Assembly: GCA_001662655.1 (NCBI GenBank)
Contig: KV460226.1
Length of the DNA: 64,000 nt
From: Pseudogymnoascus verrucosus
Lineage: Eukaryota
Reading direction: 5' to 3' (one strand)
In this document: positions 37,278-49,833 of the stretch, piece by piece
Position numbering within the stretch: position 1 is the first letter of the stretch
Layout of the letters: the number at the start of each line of letters is the position of its first letter
The notes under the pieces: model-generated
Seen by the model: the letters and a program-made list of their open reading frames with translations, nothing else
Database searches by the model: none
What the model was told of the DNA's origin: nothing
Translations under genes and position numbers: made by a program

Positions 37278-38252
37278 AGTGAAGGTAGGTGTTGTGACAA
37301 GATGGGTGGACTTGCTAGAGAGGTGTGAGATTGAGGATAACAAGCGGTTCTGAGATCTGGATGATTACAGAAAGCACACGCGTGCCAACCTCAGTGCAAT
37401 AATGTAAATAAATTCAACTCACGTTGCTTCTTGGCGATCTTGTTGGTGAATTTGACTGTCCAGCAGTGTGAACTCGTGCTGCTGTGAGAAACAAGGCTGA
37501 GAGGAAATGTTTGTTTATTCCGAGCTGTGTATTCGGTCGAAGCTGCACGCAACGTCCAGGCGAGGCTGCAGCCTTCGAAGACAGGGAGGAGAAGCGAACC
37601 TCTTATGATTCTTTTGTTTGTTGTTATGCCACTCGTGCTGTCTGAAATATAAGAGAGAGTATGAAGTTCTGAAGTAATTAGTGTCCTGAAATTGACTATA
37701 GCTATCATCATTTCAGAAGAGTGAGTGCAGCTCCAACTTGAGAGTATGCAACAATATAAAACCTCCAAACTCCCAGCTCTGTTTAATTTACATAGACATA
37801 TCACGAGCAATATGTCCTTCCGTTCCGAGTCAACAGGCAAGATGGGAATCAGCCAACTACCCACCTCTTTGTCAGCCTCTCTCATACACTGAATATGAGT
37901 TTCTCAGTTTAGCTTTACAACTGTTCTTTTGCATCTATTATTTTTGTATGGGTGCAATTAAATTATAAGATAGCCAACTATTTCCTTCTACTTTCCACAT
38001 TCACCTTCACCACTACAGTCTGAAGCATTACTTCGATTCTCAACATCACCATTGTAAGAATCAGATATTTATAACTTGAGAAGTCAATTCAAACTATTCG
38101 AGATGAAGCTAAACTGACTTCCTTTGATCACTACTCCCCAGCCCAATATTGCCATAAATCTAATGTAGCTTACCAGTTGAAATCTCTCAAAATGGCCATC
38201 TTCTCTTATCTACCCAACTCCAAGGCTCCCTGCTTTACCAGCGACTCCGAAT

Positions 38253-39533
38253 TCAAAATCCGAAGTAATACTCGTCGCCGTTCCCACCTCGATCCTCATC
38301 CTCAAAAAAAAGACCCCCCGGCTGAATCGGATCCGTGCTACCACATGCCCCAGGCTCCATTTCGTTGCTACCACAGAGATCGACAGTCTCCGCTGGCGGC
38401 TTCGGGGCCTTTGTCTCCTCAACTTCCACTACTTCGTCTCCGGTGAGATCGAACGTGTAACTTTTCTCTTTAGTTGAGCGTTTGGCCCAAAGTCCCCCAT
38501 CAGCATTAAGCTCTTTCTTAATATTCACCTTACTGTCCTATTTGGTGTCAGTTCAGCTCCATGATTTCAGGGATGATATTACACACTTGAGTTTCAGATA
38601 GGCGCTCCCGTGCAATGCGGCGAATGTCCTCTTCAGAGTATCCGTGCAAGATATCTTCACTTTGAGCCCTTGGGATGATGTGCTCAGCCTGCAGCGCTTC
38701 TTTGATGCCGTTAGCATTCGTACGTCGGATGGCTATCATGGAAAACACGCAAACAAACCTCTCGATCGGTATCTGAAGATGAAAACCGCAGCCGGTTCAC
38801 GGGCTCCCCTTGCAGGTTTCGTCTCAAAAATGATTGCGCGGCTTCTGGTACGGATCGCCTCTCCGAACCTCCTTCCTGTTAGCTTCTTGGTCCACGTTGA
38901 ATGTGCATGGGAACTTACTCGGTACCATGGGAGATTGATTGCCCCTTCACGGCCTTTTCGGCGATCTCAAGATTAGTGTTATTGCGCTGGCCTCCAGTCT
39001 CAGCGCTTGTCTGCTCGAGAATTTGCTTGCGGAACACGGTGACTCTGATTTCCCCAACGTGCTTTGCGGCATTTGCGTCGTTTCGAACACGGTTTTTATC
39101 ACTGGTGTCAACTACGATATTCGAGTTAGCTTCATCAGTAATATGAAGTCGCTCGTGCTGCTGAATTACCCAGTTTAATGTCGGAGAATTTGAATAGCCG
39201 CTTCGATTCTTTTCCGTGTCTGTTGATCTGCTCCATCCCGTCGGTAGTTCTCATCCAGGAATTAGACATCTTCTTTGGAACAAATAGAGGGGCGACTGAC
39301 AACTTTGTGTTGTCAACTTGAATTTGGAACTCAAGGGCGGATTTAAGCCTGTATTGCGGGTCGACCTTGCTGAGAATGGCGTAATTCGTTCCGGAGATAG
39401 ACTCGATATATATAAGCTTAGTTTGCTTTGGATAATGATGCTGTTCCTCTTCTGGGGCCTTGTATTCCCGGCTCTCGATCCCATTGATTGAGATAGAAAC
39501 CGATACCCCTTTAAGGGATTCGGAGATAGCCAT
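38253..39533 (-). CDS. DUF7918-like protein, paralog B, ~355 aa
   Basis: Exons 39533-39170, 39111-38919, 38871(or 38868)-38759, 38699-38587 and 38537-38253. Motifs EIAEKAVKGQSISHG and FIFRYRSREALQAEHIIPR. Confidence 0.82.
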
Positions 39534-41028
39534 TGCTACCGACTGAATTTGAAGCAGAGTAACCGAAACCGAGGCTTGAAGATCGGAGTTGGCGAATGCC
39601 TGGCTGATGGTATAAGCCTAGGATGAATATGACAATATCACTGAAGTTGGGGTGGGTAGTTGACAATGAGAAGATGCGCCAAATGAGAAGAAAGGAATAA
39701 GATATTTGATTAAGATAGAGCTTCGGAAGCCTCTTCACATCACGGAGGTGGTATATGTCGAATCCAGACGCCCAAAGGAGATAGTTCAAGTGAAGTTTCA
39801 AACATGCGATGAAGCAAGGAAGGAGAACCAAGACTGTGAAGGAAAGCCTCTTATAGAGTGCTACAAGACGTGAAGACGAAAGAGAGAGTGGATGACAAAG
39901 TGAATTGGAAACTTACGCTGAGATCGACGTGGGCAAACTCAATTATTAGAGAGGAGTATCAGATATTGAATGCAAAGTAAGCTTCGAAAGGCTCCGTAGG
40001 CCCCAAAGGCATGTGTTGAATGTAGAGTTCCTCAACCAAGACAAGATCGAAGTGAACGATGTTGGAAGATGGATGGAGGGGTTTGCGAAGAGGTCTTCGA
40101 TCAAAGCATGATCGAAGCGCAAGATCGAAGTGGTCAATGTTGTAAGAAGGAAGAAGGACCCTGTAACCAAAAGCCCTTTTATAGCGTCAAAAGCTGAGAG
40201 CAGGGCTTATTGGGGAAAGAGGTTGTTGGAGGAAGCTTGTCATAAGCTGCTGGGACGAGTTAATATGAAGGAGAAGAAGGGAAGGAATAAGGGGAACGGA
40301 AAGAAGAAGAAGAAGGGAAAGAAGAGGAGGAAGGAGAAGAAATAGTAATCTTGTGAGGGGGAGCCTCTTATTGCAGTCAAGACCCGGCAAAGCCGATGAT
40401 TGAGAAGCAAGTCAGAGGTAGAAAGTCTTTCATACCATTCTATAAGATGTGAAGCCTGGGAGACGATGCAGTATTCGAAGAATCCCAAGAGAATCCCCCT
40501 TCCCACACATCTAAATCACCAGTCGAACGAACAACCCGTAGCAGTCCCCACAACACAACGCCAACACCATCTTCACCACAAGTCAGTATCACCTTCACCA
40601 TCACCAGTCTCTTATAAAAAAGCCAGTCCACCATCATCTAATTCATCATCATTCCCTCTACACCTCTACCTCATCTATTCCTCACCCGCCTCGCTCGCTA
40701 TACATTCCCCCCACATGTCCAACCAAAGTACTCCCAACATCCACCTCCCCCTCAACTCAATGATCACTTTTCCCATCCAGCGGAGTCCGCACGCACATCC
40801 CATATACATCGCTCCGCGCCATATCGCTCGCCCTCGAAGTACAAAAAAAAAGAAGATCGACACACAAAATAATGCAAAATGCAAAAAAACATCCCAACTC
40901 TTCGGAGATGACTCAAAAAATCGAAATGCCAAAGTCAGCAGAAAATAAATGCCCTCGATCCAATCTTACAACGATATCATACCAGCTTTTGATATCCAAA
41001 CTCACTCACTCCCTCTCCCTCTCCCCTC

Positions 41029-44000
41029 TCAATTCACCCCCCTCGGCCCCAAAAGACTCGGCACAGCCTTCCTCCCCATCCTCTTCCCCCCATTAACCAC
41101 CACCCTCGGCACCCCCCCAATAACCCTCGGCTCCCTCATGAGCTCCGGATCCAACCTTGCCGGCATACGACAAATGACGCTCTTGTACTCGCCCTTGAAC
41201 GCGCCGCTGGGGCTGGGCACGCTGGCGCTTCGCCAGAGGTGGTCGGAGCGGTCTTCTAGGAAGGAGGTCTTGGCTTTAGAGAAGAAGGAGGAGGTAGAGA
41301 AGCCGCGGTTGCGTTTGGCGAGGATGATTTCGTCGAAGAGGCGGATGGAGGGGCTGGAGGCGGGGGTGGTTTCGCGCTCGTGGATGAATTCGTTGAATGC
41401 TGTTGTGTGTTAGTGCGCGGGTTCATAGAAGGGGGGGTTGAAGTTAGACATACCCTGCGTTTGCCTTAAAGCTCCAACATAGTCGGACATCTCCCCGGGC
41501 AGACTTCTCTCGAAACCCTCCATGTCAAATGCATATAACTGCTTCGCGGCCTTCTGCTCTTTGGTAGTCGCGGGTCTCAAATGCTTGCGGTATGTATACA
41601 GAAAGCTGGCGAAGCATCTCACAAAAGCGGCTCTGACCTTGTCCGCGTTAAACGCCGATGGGCAGATTAAGCTCACCTGGCCAAGACAACGGGCGTGGGC
41701 GGTGATGCTGCAGCCGCTGCAGCCGTATGTTCCATCACTGTCGGCTTTCTCGTCACATATAGAGCAGACGGAGGAAGTATCATGGCTCTCCCAATTGAGA
41801 CAATGTCCCTCAACCCAAACTGTTTCCGAGGACGAGCTGACAGGCTGCATGAGCATGCTCGGCATAACCGTGCTCGCTGCCAGTGTGCTAACTGCGTAGC
41901 TGCTGGGGGCGTAGCCGTACATGCTCTTGCTGTCTATGGAGATGGCAGACGCCGACAAGGATGCCGAGTGCCCCGCTGTGAACCGCGGCTCTGGTTTGCG
42001 ATACGGGATATTGTCGCCCACACCAAAGGACGAAGATCGTCTGGAACTGGGCTCAAAATGACCAGAGCGTTTCTCTTTCAGAGTGCTCGTCAAGGTGAAA
42101 CCGGACTCGTTGCGAATCATTGGGCTGTTTGGCATGTTCGGGAAATGGGTCGAGTTGGGAGAGATTGCTGTTTGTGGCGGACTAGAAGGGGTGTTTGACT
42201 TGCTAGTCGACGGACGCTCAACACGAGTGTGGTCATTCTTAGACTGGAGGAAGGCGTTGAAAACGAGCGGCCGAGACGTCGTTTTAACGTTTTCTTCAAC
42301 GAATGTGGTTGAGCTCTGGCTAACAAACTTGGAGAGCGTGCTTGGCGCAGAGTTCTGCGTAAATAGGGATGGAATTTCACCTGAGAACGCATCGTATGGG
42401 AAAGTTTCGATGGCATACGGCGGAGGCCCAACAGGAACGCCGAACTTGTTATGGTGCGGTGCCGCTAACTGAAGCAAGGAGAAAAGCTTTCGCCTCTGCT
42501 GCCGCGGTAGAGACACTGGTGGCGTAGTAGACTCGATGGTGTCGTTATCCAAATCCACGAGAACATAGTCGTCATCTGGCAAATCAACATTCTCGTATCG
42601 TCGCTCAATACCCACAATATACGGGCAAGGGGCCTCCAATGCGGAAATAAGGCGCGCAGGTAGCACAGGAATGAAGATGCTTGCCCATTTGAATGGGTAC
42701 AGCAGCGTTATCAATGCCTTGGTCGCTAAATGCAGCATAGCCGTGTGTGACGACAAAAATATAATCCGAGATTCTGATAGGGCGAATTCCAACAAGGCCA
42801 CGATATTCGGGATTGTCAAGGCCCTGAAAAGAGCATACAGGTCCGCGTTTCTCGACTCGGGCAGCTCGTTCACAGCCTCCTTTCGGGCAAATAATCGAAG
42901 CTCTCGGACAGCAATTTCGACCTGCGTCTTGGAAGTGATAGGTGACAGTGCTTCGGTGCACAGGTTCACAACATATCGTTCTAGCGGCTGCCACCGGCCC
43001 ACTTTAGGTGAACTTGGTGGAACCCGTAACACGCCGCTGTCCGTCATAGGCACAATAACAGCCCGAAGCCACTCCTTCCAGAAGCTCGTTAGCCCAGCAT
43101 CGCGCCCCAGAATCCCATAAGCCCTTGGGGTCCAGAGACCTGTATCACCGTCCGTCAGACCCTCTATTTTTGATGCTGCACCATGTCTCACAGGTCTCAA
43201 CATGTCCGTCATCAACGAAATCTTCTCTTCGACCGAGCTAATTCGCTCCTCGAGATCGTCACGGGCAGATGACCCAGAGGTCATCGCCGGGAGCTGAGTA
43301 AGGAGTTGCGATAAGTGAGCTCTTTCCCCGGCCAATCTCTCACCCAGGCTTGCTGCCAACTCCCGCTCTTCATTCGTCATATGGCTCTGACGCCAATCTT
43401 CGCATTTTCTCTCCAGTGCCGCAGCCGCATCGGTGCCAAGGGGTAGCCACACTATCACAGTAATTCCGTATATTTTAGCATTATCATCTCCAGTCATTGC
43501 AAATCCGTGCCACGTGGACCGAGGCCTCTCGTCTGAGGAGACAATGTTGATATCGTTAGGGAAAGCGAACATAGGGACATAATCGGGGAACCGTCCCCTT
43601 CTCTGCAGTTCGTCCGTTGCAGTCTTCGGTGGGTATCTGTCAAGGAGCACGGGTTCCAGGCGTCGTTTTAAAGGGTGCATATCAGGGTCCGCGTTTAGGG
43701 GTTCAGGTGGTGGTATAACGGAATTATAGTTGCTCAATCGTTTGGAGGTGCGGCTCGAGACTATATTGTGTTAGTTGGGGTTCTATTATACACATCAATA
43801 GAGTGCGAATAGACTCGTATCTTCTCGCCCAGTGTGCCAATCTGAAAACCAAAAGGCACAAATAGCGACACCGCCAATATAAAAAATGTCTTGCGCGCAA
43901 TTGCGAGCAGCAAATCCCAAGAATATAACTTACCACTCCGGTTTATAGTCTGCTTCTTGGAACTGTTCAGGTCCCTAAAGCTGATCTTCCTCCGTATGCT

Positions 44001-44579
44001 CCCACCAACCCTGCCAAACGGACTCTTCCTGCCACCCAGTCCATCTTCATCATGCTTTATCTTCTCCGCCCTCGCCGTCATAGGCGGCCTGCTCTGCATC
44101 ACCGTGCCCGCGCTGAAGCTCAAATCATCCAAAAAGACTTCGCGCTCATTCGCGAACTTGACCAGCGCCCTATCGAAGTCGAAATCCGACAGGCCTTGCT
44201 TGAGCGACTCCTGCGTCGTCCCATTGCTCGGCACGGCGCGCACAGTCAGCGAAGACCTGTTGCTGCCGCTATAGGTATCGAGTCCCTCGAGGGACTGGAT
44301 CGAGTTTCGCGCGTCGATCGACAGGCGCGACAGGCGTTGGAGGGAGCCGCGCGAGTGTCGTGCCGTCGAGCCTCGTGGTGCGCTGCCGAGGATCGGCTCG
44401 TCTTGTCCCTCTTCGGGGCCTTCTGCTATAGTGTTTTCGGCTATGGTGTTGTCTCCCACGGGCGGGAGGCCGTTTGTCGTGTGACCGCTGTTGGGAGCTT
44501 CGGGGAGGTCGTGGTAGGAGACGGAGTCGATGCCAGCGATCCAGAAGTAGTCCGCGAGGGGAGCTGATGACGGGTCCAT
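41029..44579 (-). CDS. DENN domain protein (uDENN-DENN-dDENN, C1-like Zn domain), putative Rab GEF
   Basis: Exons 44579-43934, 43760-41454 and 41399-41029. Motifs PLADYFWIAGI, PDYVPMFAFP, FIPVLPARL..LEAPCPYIVG, CSICDE..CSGC..H..C and TQAFNEFIHER. Confidence 0.93.
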
Positions 44580-45090
44580 GGTGGGCGTGTGTGTGCGTCT
44601 TTGGGGCGTTTGTTTGAGCAGTCGCGGGTATAGGAATTATCGCCCAGGGCAAACGATTTGTGAGCTATGTTGTCATCGAAATATAGTTGTGGGGTTGCAA
44701 CTTTCTGTTTGGCAATTGTGCGAGTTGCTAATCGGCTAATGGATGGCTAAGGTTCAAGGAAAGGAAAAGATATGACGGCAAGGCCTGATTGTAACCCAAG
44801 ATCCCAAAGCGATCATTTGCAGTAGCCACTGGTTTGCCGGGGAGTGGGAGTTTGGGAGTGTGCTTGGGTATAGAATGAGGGGGAATGTGAGGATATGGAT
44901 ATTGAAGATGGAATGGGGATGCTTGCTTGTGAGAGATCGGAAGGACTCCACATTTGGTGGGGCAGTTGGTGTTGTCGGTGCGTGAAATAACGGGAGGGAC
45001 TGGGGGGGGATTAGGGTGTTGCGTAGGGGGGTTGCGTAGGGATATTTAGGGTGCTAACGGGCCTTCCTTCGTATTTTTTAGGGGACCAAC

Positions 45091-45145
45091 TACAGGGAGT
45101 TACAGGGGGCTTACAGGGGCTTACAGGGACTTACAGGGACTTACC
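45091..45145. repeat. ~10-bp tandem repeat (TTACAGGGRC), ~5 copies
   Basis: tacagggagt tacagggggc ttacaggggc ttacagggac ttacagggac ttacc. Confidence 0.9.
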
Positions 45146-46342
45146 TTGCTAACTAACTCCAGTGCGATCAGTAAACGAAGTACGATACGTACAGTACTTT
45201 CGTAACCGCCATACGAAGTTAGCCGTTAGCCGTGCGGATTTATGGATTTTACACTGTTGCAACGTTACAACTATTACAATATTACAACTATTACAACTTA
45301 TACAACTTATCTATGCGCTGTTTAATTGTTTAAAACTTATTCCGGATCCAAGAGAGAGCGAGACGATCGAAAAAAGGACGCTACACCGCTACTACGCGTA
45401 CCACTAGCACAACTAACTACCAAGACTGTCCAAGATCTTCCTTACGATGGAACAAACTACACAGATAAAGTGGCCGCTAACAGCCAAGGTCCAGTTAGTA
45501 TGAAACATTTTAGTTCAAGGGCAACGGCGGGTGTCATACATAAGATAAAGGATGAATGGATCAGAGAAATGCCGTTTTGCCCGTACACAACATTTTCTGT
45601 GCTCTTCCATCTCTCAAATCGGGTTATTTTTCATAGCACAAATCCAGGAAACCACAACACAAGGGGTCATCTTTTGTGCATCTTTGTTTCCCCCCTGCCA
45701 GCTGTCGTGTCGGGCAAAAAAAATCCCCCCATAGTGTCAAGGGTCCAAATTCCGATCCCTGAACTTGATTCTAGAACCTTGCAAACACGAACGTTTCGGA
45801 CTCGAAAATAAACCACATATGTGGCAGGGGCAAAGATGCTAGAAATCTAGCCCCCTTTTTTTGTTTTTAGTCCAAACGGACGCTTGCGCAGGAGTCCATG
45901 CGTCAGGCCGGATTCAGCAAACGCAGCCGTAGCCAAGCGTGTCCATATCATTCAGTGGCATTCTTTCGGGCATTCATGGTCTCGTCTGGCATGTCTCTTG
46001 CACAAGCAAAGATAGATCATGTCCCGTCGGGAACTCGAGATGTCACGGTCACGCATGGACAATGGATTTGTGTCAGAACCAGAACCACTAGCCAGGTTGT
46101 CTGACTTACTAGTCGGTCCCAAAATAGCAAATAGTAGGAAGCAGTTCGAACCCTTGGTCTCAGCCCATCATCTTTTCAATTTGGACGACACGCGTCTATC
46201 AGTATTACAGTGCTACGTGGTACCAAATAGCCGCTCTATTTCCCAACCCTGTCTGTTCCATAAACGGTCCATTTTCCTGTGATGACGTGAGAAGTGATGA
46301 TTGGTTCGAAGACCAGTCAGCTTCATTCAGCTACCATCAGTC

Positions 46343-48325
46343 TTACAATCCTGGTGGGGGAGGGACCTAATTCATCGTTAGTGCTGATCAGGGTCGAGGA
46401 GGTTCGGGAATACTATACCGCATTGTAGCCATTTCCAGGTGGTGGTCCTGGGGGAGGCGGTGGTCCAGACCCTGGAGGTGGTGGGGGTGCTTCGCTCGGG
46501 GGTGGTGGAGGTGCATAAGAGGCTGTAGAAGCGCCCGGGGCCGCGCCTGGTGCCGCGCCAGGCGCTGCACCAGGAGCACCGCCAGCTCCAGCTTGTTGGG
46601 CGGCGTAATACTGGTAGTATGCGACATACGCAGCATAGCCACCGTAAGCCGCATACGGATCTTGACCGCCATAGTACTGGGCATACTGAGCGGCGTAGTC
46701 CGCTCCGGCAGCAGGGCTGGCAGCTCCAGGTGGGGCTGATGGGGCAGCCGGGGCAGCAGCTGCTGGGGAATTGTATCCACCATATCCTCCACCGCCGCCT
46801 CCACCACCACCACCGTATGAGTCGTGTCTACCGTTGTTTTGCCTGTCTCCATATCCGCTCTGACCTCCATAGCCGGTACTTGGAGCTCTGTCTCCACCAA
46901 ACCCGCGCTGGGGCTGTGGCCTCGACTTGAACTCCTCGTATTGCTCTCTTACGTTGGCCAGGAGATCCTCGCAAAGCTCTTTAGCGTGCTGTACCTCCTT
47001 GGGATCCGGGCCAGCAACGTGCAGATACATGTCTTCGTCGCTCTCCCGTCCTGTCGCATGCTCCATAAATCCGGAACCTCGGCCCTTAATTTGCACGCGG
47101 CAGCGCGTTTCTTGCTGGATATGTTTGACATAGGCGCCCCCGTGACCAACAACTTGAGCTCTTAGGTTGAAGCCTGGTACAGGTTCGAAGTCGATGGGAA
47201 TTTTCTCCTCTGGCCATTTGCGCTACACAAGGTTAGCAGTACTCTCCCTAACGTATTAACATATACCTACTCTGCCGAACTCATCACGCTCAACAGCATC
47301 TGGCTCTCGCCTTCTGAAGCGCCTCTCGTCAACGAGGTTAGGCAGTTCTTGCTTCATGAGCTCCTCGATCTTTTCGACGGCTTGCTCGAGGCCAACCTTG
47401 CTCGTGCTCGTAACGTGTAGGTAAAGTGGTGGTTTCTAAGAAAATATCAGTAACCAGTCCATCCTTCTATCATGGTATTTCGTACCGCTGCTGTGGCCAT
47501 GCTCTTATCGGGGTAGTATTCTCCGCGTGTCGTGATATCTTTAAAAGTCAATATTAAATCTACAAAAGCGTTAAATTCGGGAATAGCGTACCAGCGCCGG
47601 TTTCTTCTTTGATCTATATCACGCAGCGGACGTCAGCAGGTGCCACAGAGGTTTATATGAATTCTATCGCGCTTCAAGTAAGCTTGACAGGTCCCACACA
47701 AGGTAAGAGAGGGGGTATGGAACTCCCCGGGGGGAAGAAAGATTATGAATTAGGAGGTCTGAGGGAACTGGGGATATCAGTGGGTATGACACAAGGGGGT
47801 ATTCACCATCTTTTGAGTAGAGCCTTTGGTCAGTGTGTATCTGTTTCGGAGGTCATTGACTTCGATGTCACGGATGTAATCTCCGTCTGCGATGTACATG
47901 TCGCCATTGACTGTTCCGATGGTGCCTGTTTCCATAGCTGTGCTCGGGGTCGGAGGTTTCACTTCGGCGGGACTGCCAGTAGATCGAATCGGAGGAACGT
48001 CGACATGCTGGATACCTTTTTTGGCTTGCATCTGGGCTTGGATGCGCGATGCGACGGCAGCTATCAGATGTTAGTTGTGTCTTGGTTTAAATTTACTATG
48101 AAACATACCCGCAGCAACAGCAGGATCCAGAGCTGGTTTCTTCGCAGGTTCCCCAGCAGCTGGGCTGCCACTCTCCCTCCTCATGGGACTCCTGCTTCTT
48201 CGGGCATCTCTCTCCCTGGCTGGCGGGGGTGATCTTGAGCGGCGATCGAAGCGCGAAGCCCGTGGTGCTGGCTCTTTCTGGTCGAAGCGTGACCTCTTGG
48301 CCGTCCTCCTCTCGGTGTCGTCCAT
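46343..48325 (-). CDS. Two-KH-domain RNA-binding protein (KHDC4/BLOM7-like), ~512 aa
   Basis: Seven exons (48325-48109, 48060-47807, 47613-47592, 47538-47486, 47435-47271, 47222-46419, 46366-46343) total 1539 nt. Motifs DIEVNDLRNRYTLTKGSTQKMIKEETGADITTRG, FNLRAQVVGHGGAYVKHIQQET and QIKGRGSGF; ends VPPPPGL. Confidence 0.92.
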
Positions 48326-48756
48326 GATGGCCGAGGTGGTAAGATAAATAAAAAGGTTGGTCGATCGCAGGCCTTCCTGTCGAGTGCAAAGAAGCTGTAA
48401 CAGGTAGTTTTCCTGTCGCCTCTAACCTCGCCGGCAAGATAAAGGTGAATACTTCAAATAGTGAAGATATAATCAAGTTAACAGCGTTCGTTGGCAACAA
48501 ATTAATGTCACGTATGGCTCTACTTTTGACCCTCGTATGGCTCTTTCAGCCTCTTTATTTTGCGACCGGGGCCTGGTAGCCTTACTCATCGCTAGCTCCA
48601 CACTTTCAACGGACAACGGAGCCCCGTCCCTCCTCCCCCACCGAAACAAAGCGCAGGTGATGGTCAAGGCACACGGCCCTTAGCGACATCGGGGACAATT
48701 TTCCACAAAGCCGAGCTCTGGCTTCTCAACCTCACAGATTCCAATTGCGGTGGTGT

Positions 48757-48763
48757 TGACTCA
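48757..48763 (+). promoter_or_regulatory. Gcn4/CpcA (cross-pathway control) element upstream of ILV6
   Basis: Exact TGACTCA ~90 bp before the ILV6 ATG, plus a variant TTACTCA at 48582. Confidence 0.65.
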
Positions 48764-48848
48764 CATATCAAAGAAGTCTTTACGACTTCATCCACAACTG
48801 CCTCAGCGACGTCAATTGAAATCCCCAGATTGGGTGTTTGTCGTCGCC

Positions 48849-49833
48849 ATGGCAGCTCGCACTTCCATCCTCAAGCTTCGCACTCCTACGAGCTCCCTCA
48901 TCACTGCGGCGAAGCGGTCTCAGTCGACCTCATCATCAACCTCAGCCCTTGCATACAAGGCCCTTCACCGCCGCATCACCCCCCTCCCAACACAGGATTC
49001 CCCAGCATGGTCTGCCCAGGCTGCCGTCTCCAACATCCTCTATGAGACTCCAGCTCCCTCGAAAGCACCTCCAACACGCCACATCCTCAACTGCCTGGTT
49101 CAGAATGAGCCGGGAGTTCTCTCCCGTGTCTCCGGGATTCTCGCTGCCCGCGGCTTCAACATCGACAGTCTGGTCGTATGCCACACCGAGGTCGAGGACC
49201 TGTCCCGCATGACAATTGTCCTTTCCGGTCAAGACGGCGTTGTCGAGCAGGCCCGCCGCCAGCTCGAGGACCTCGTCCCCGTCTGGGCCGTTTTAGATTA
49301 CACTCAAGCGCCGCTTGTGCAACGCGAGCTGCTGCTTGCAAAGATCAACATCCTCGGCCCAGAGTATTTCGAGGAGCTGCTCGCTCACCACCGCGAGATC
49401 ACCGCAGAGATTGATGGCGAGATCGGAGACCACGGCCTGGAGCACAGCGCGGTCGCGGACTTCCACCCCAGCAAACTCGTGCTCAGCCAGGCGCTGCGAT
49501 TGAAGCATGAGCATCTGAAGTCCATCACCTACTTTGCTCACCAGTTCGGTGGCAAGGTGTTGGATATCAGCAACAACAACTGTATTGTTGAACTGTAAGT
49601 ACTCCCTCATCCCTAAAACATGGCCGGTGATGTAATGTTACTCACACCTATCTAGTTCCGCGAAACCCACCCGTATCGACTCGTTCATGAAGCTCGTCTC
49701 CCCGTTCGGCATCCTCGAGTCTACCCGCACGGGACTCATGGCGCTGCCGCGCTCCCCTCTCTTCGACGCCCACCAGGACGATCTGAAGGAGGCGGACGAG
49801 ATCGTCGACGCCAGCTCGCTCCCACCAGGATAA
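48849..49833 (+). CDS. ILV6: Acetolactate synthase regulatory (small) subunit, mitochondrial
   Basis: Exons 48849-49594 and 49656-49833. ACT domain HILNCLVQNEPGVLSRVSGILAARGFNIDSLVVC; ends SLPPG. Confidence 0.97.

Noticed and set aside
37391..37885. 164-aa minus-strand ORF between the DUF7918-like paralogs
   Set aside because: No similarity to the flanking paralogs or to motifs I know; composition looks non-coding.
46140..46390. GTTCGAA T-loop-like strings and GTGATGA/CTGA box-like motifs
   Set aside because: No tRNA cloverleaf or snoRNA terminal stem could be built, and they lie antisense to the KH gene 3' end.
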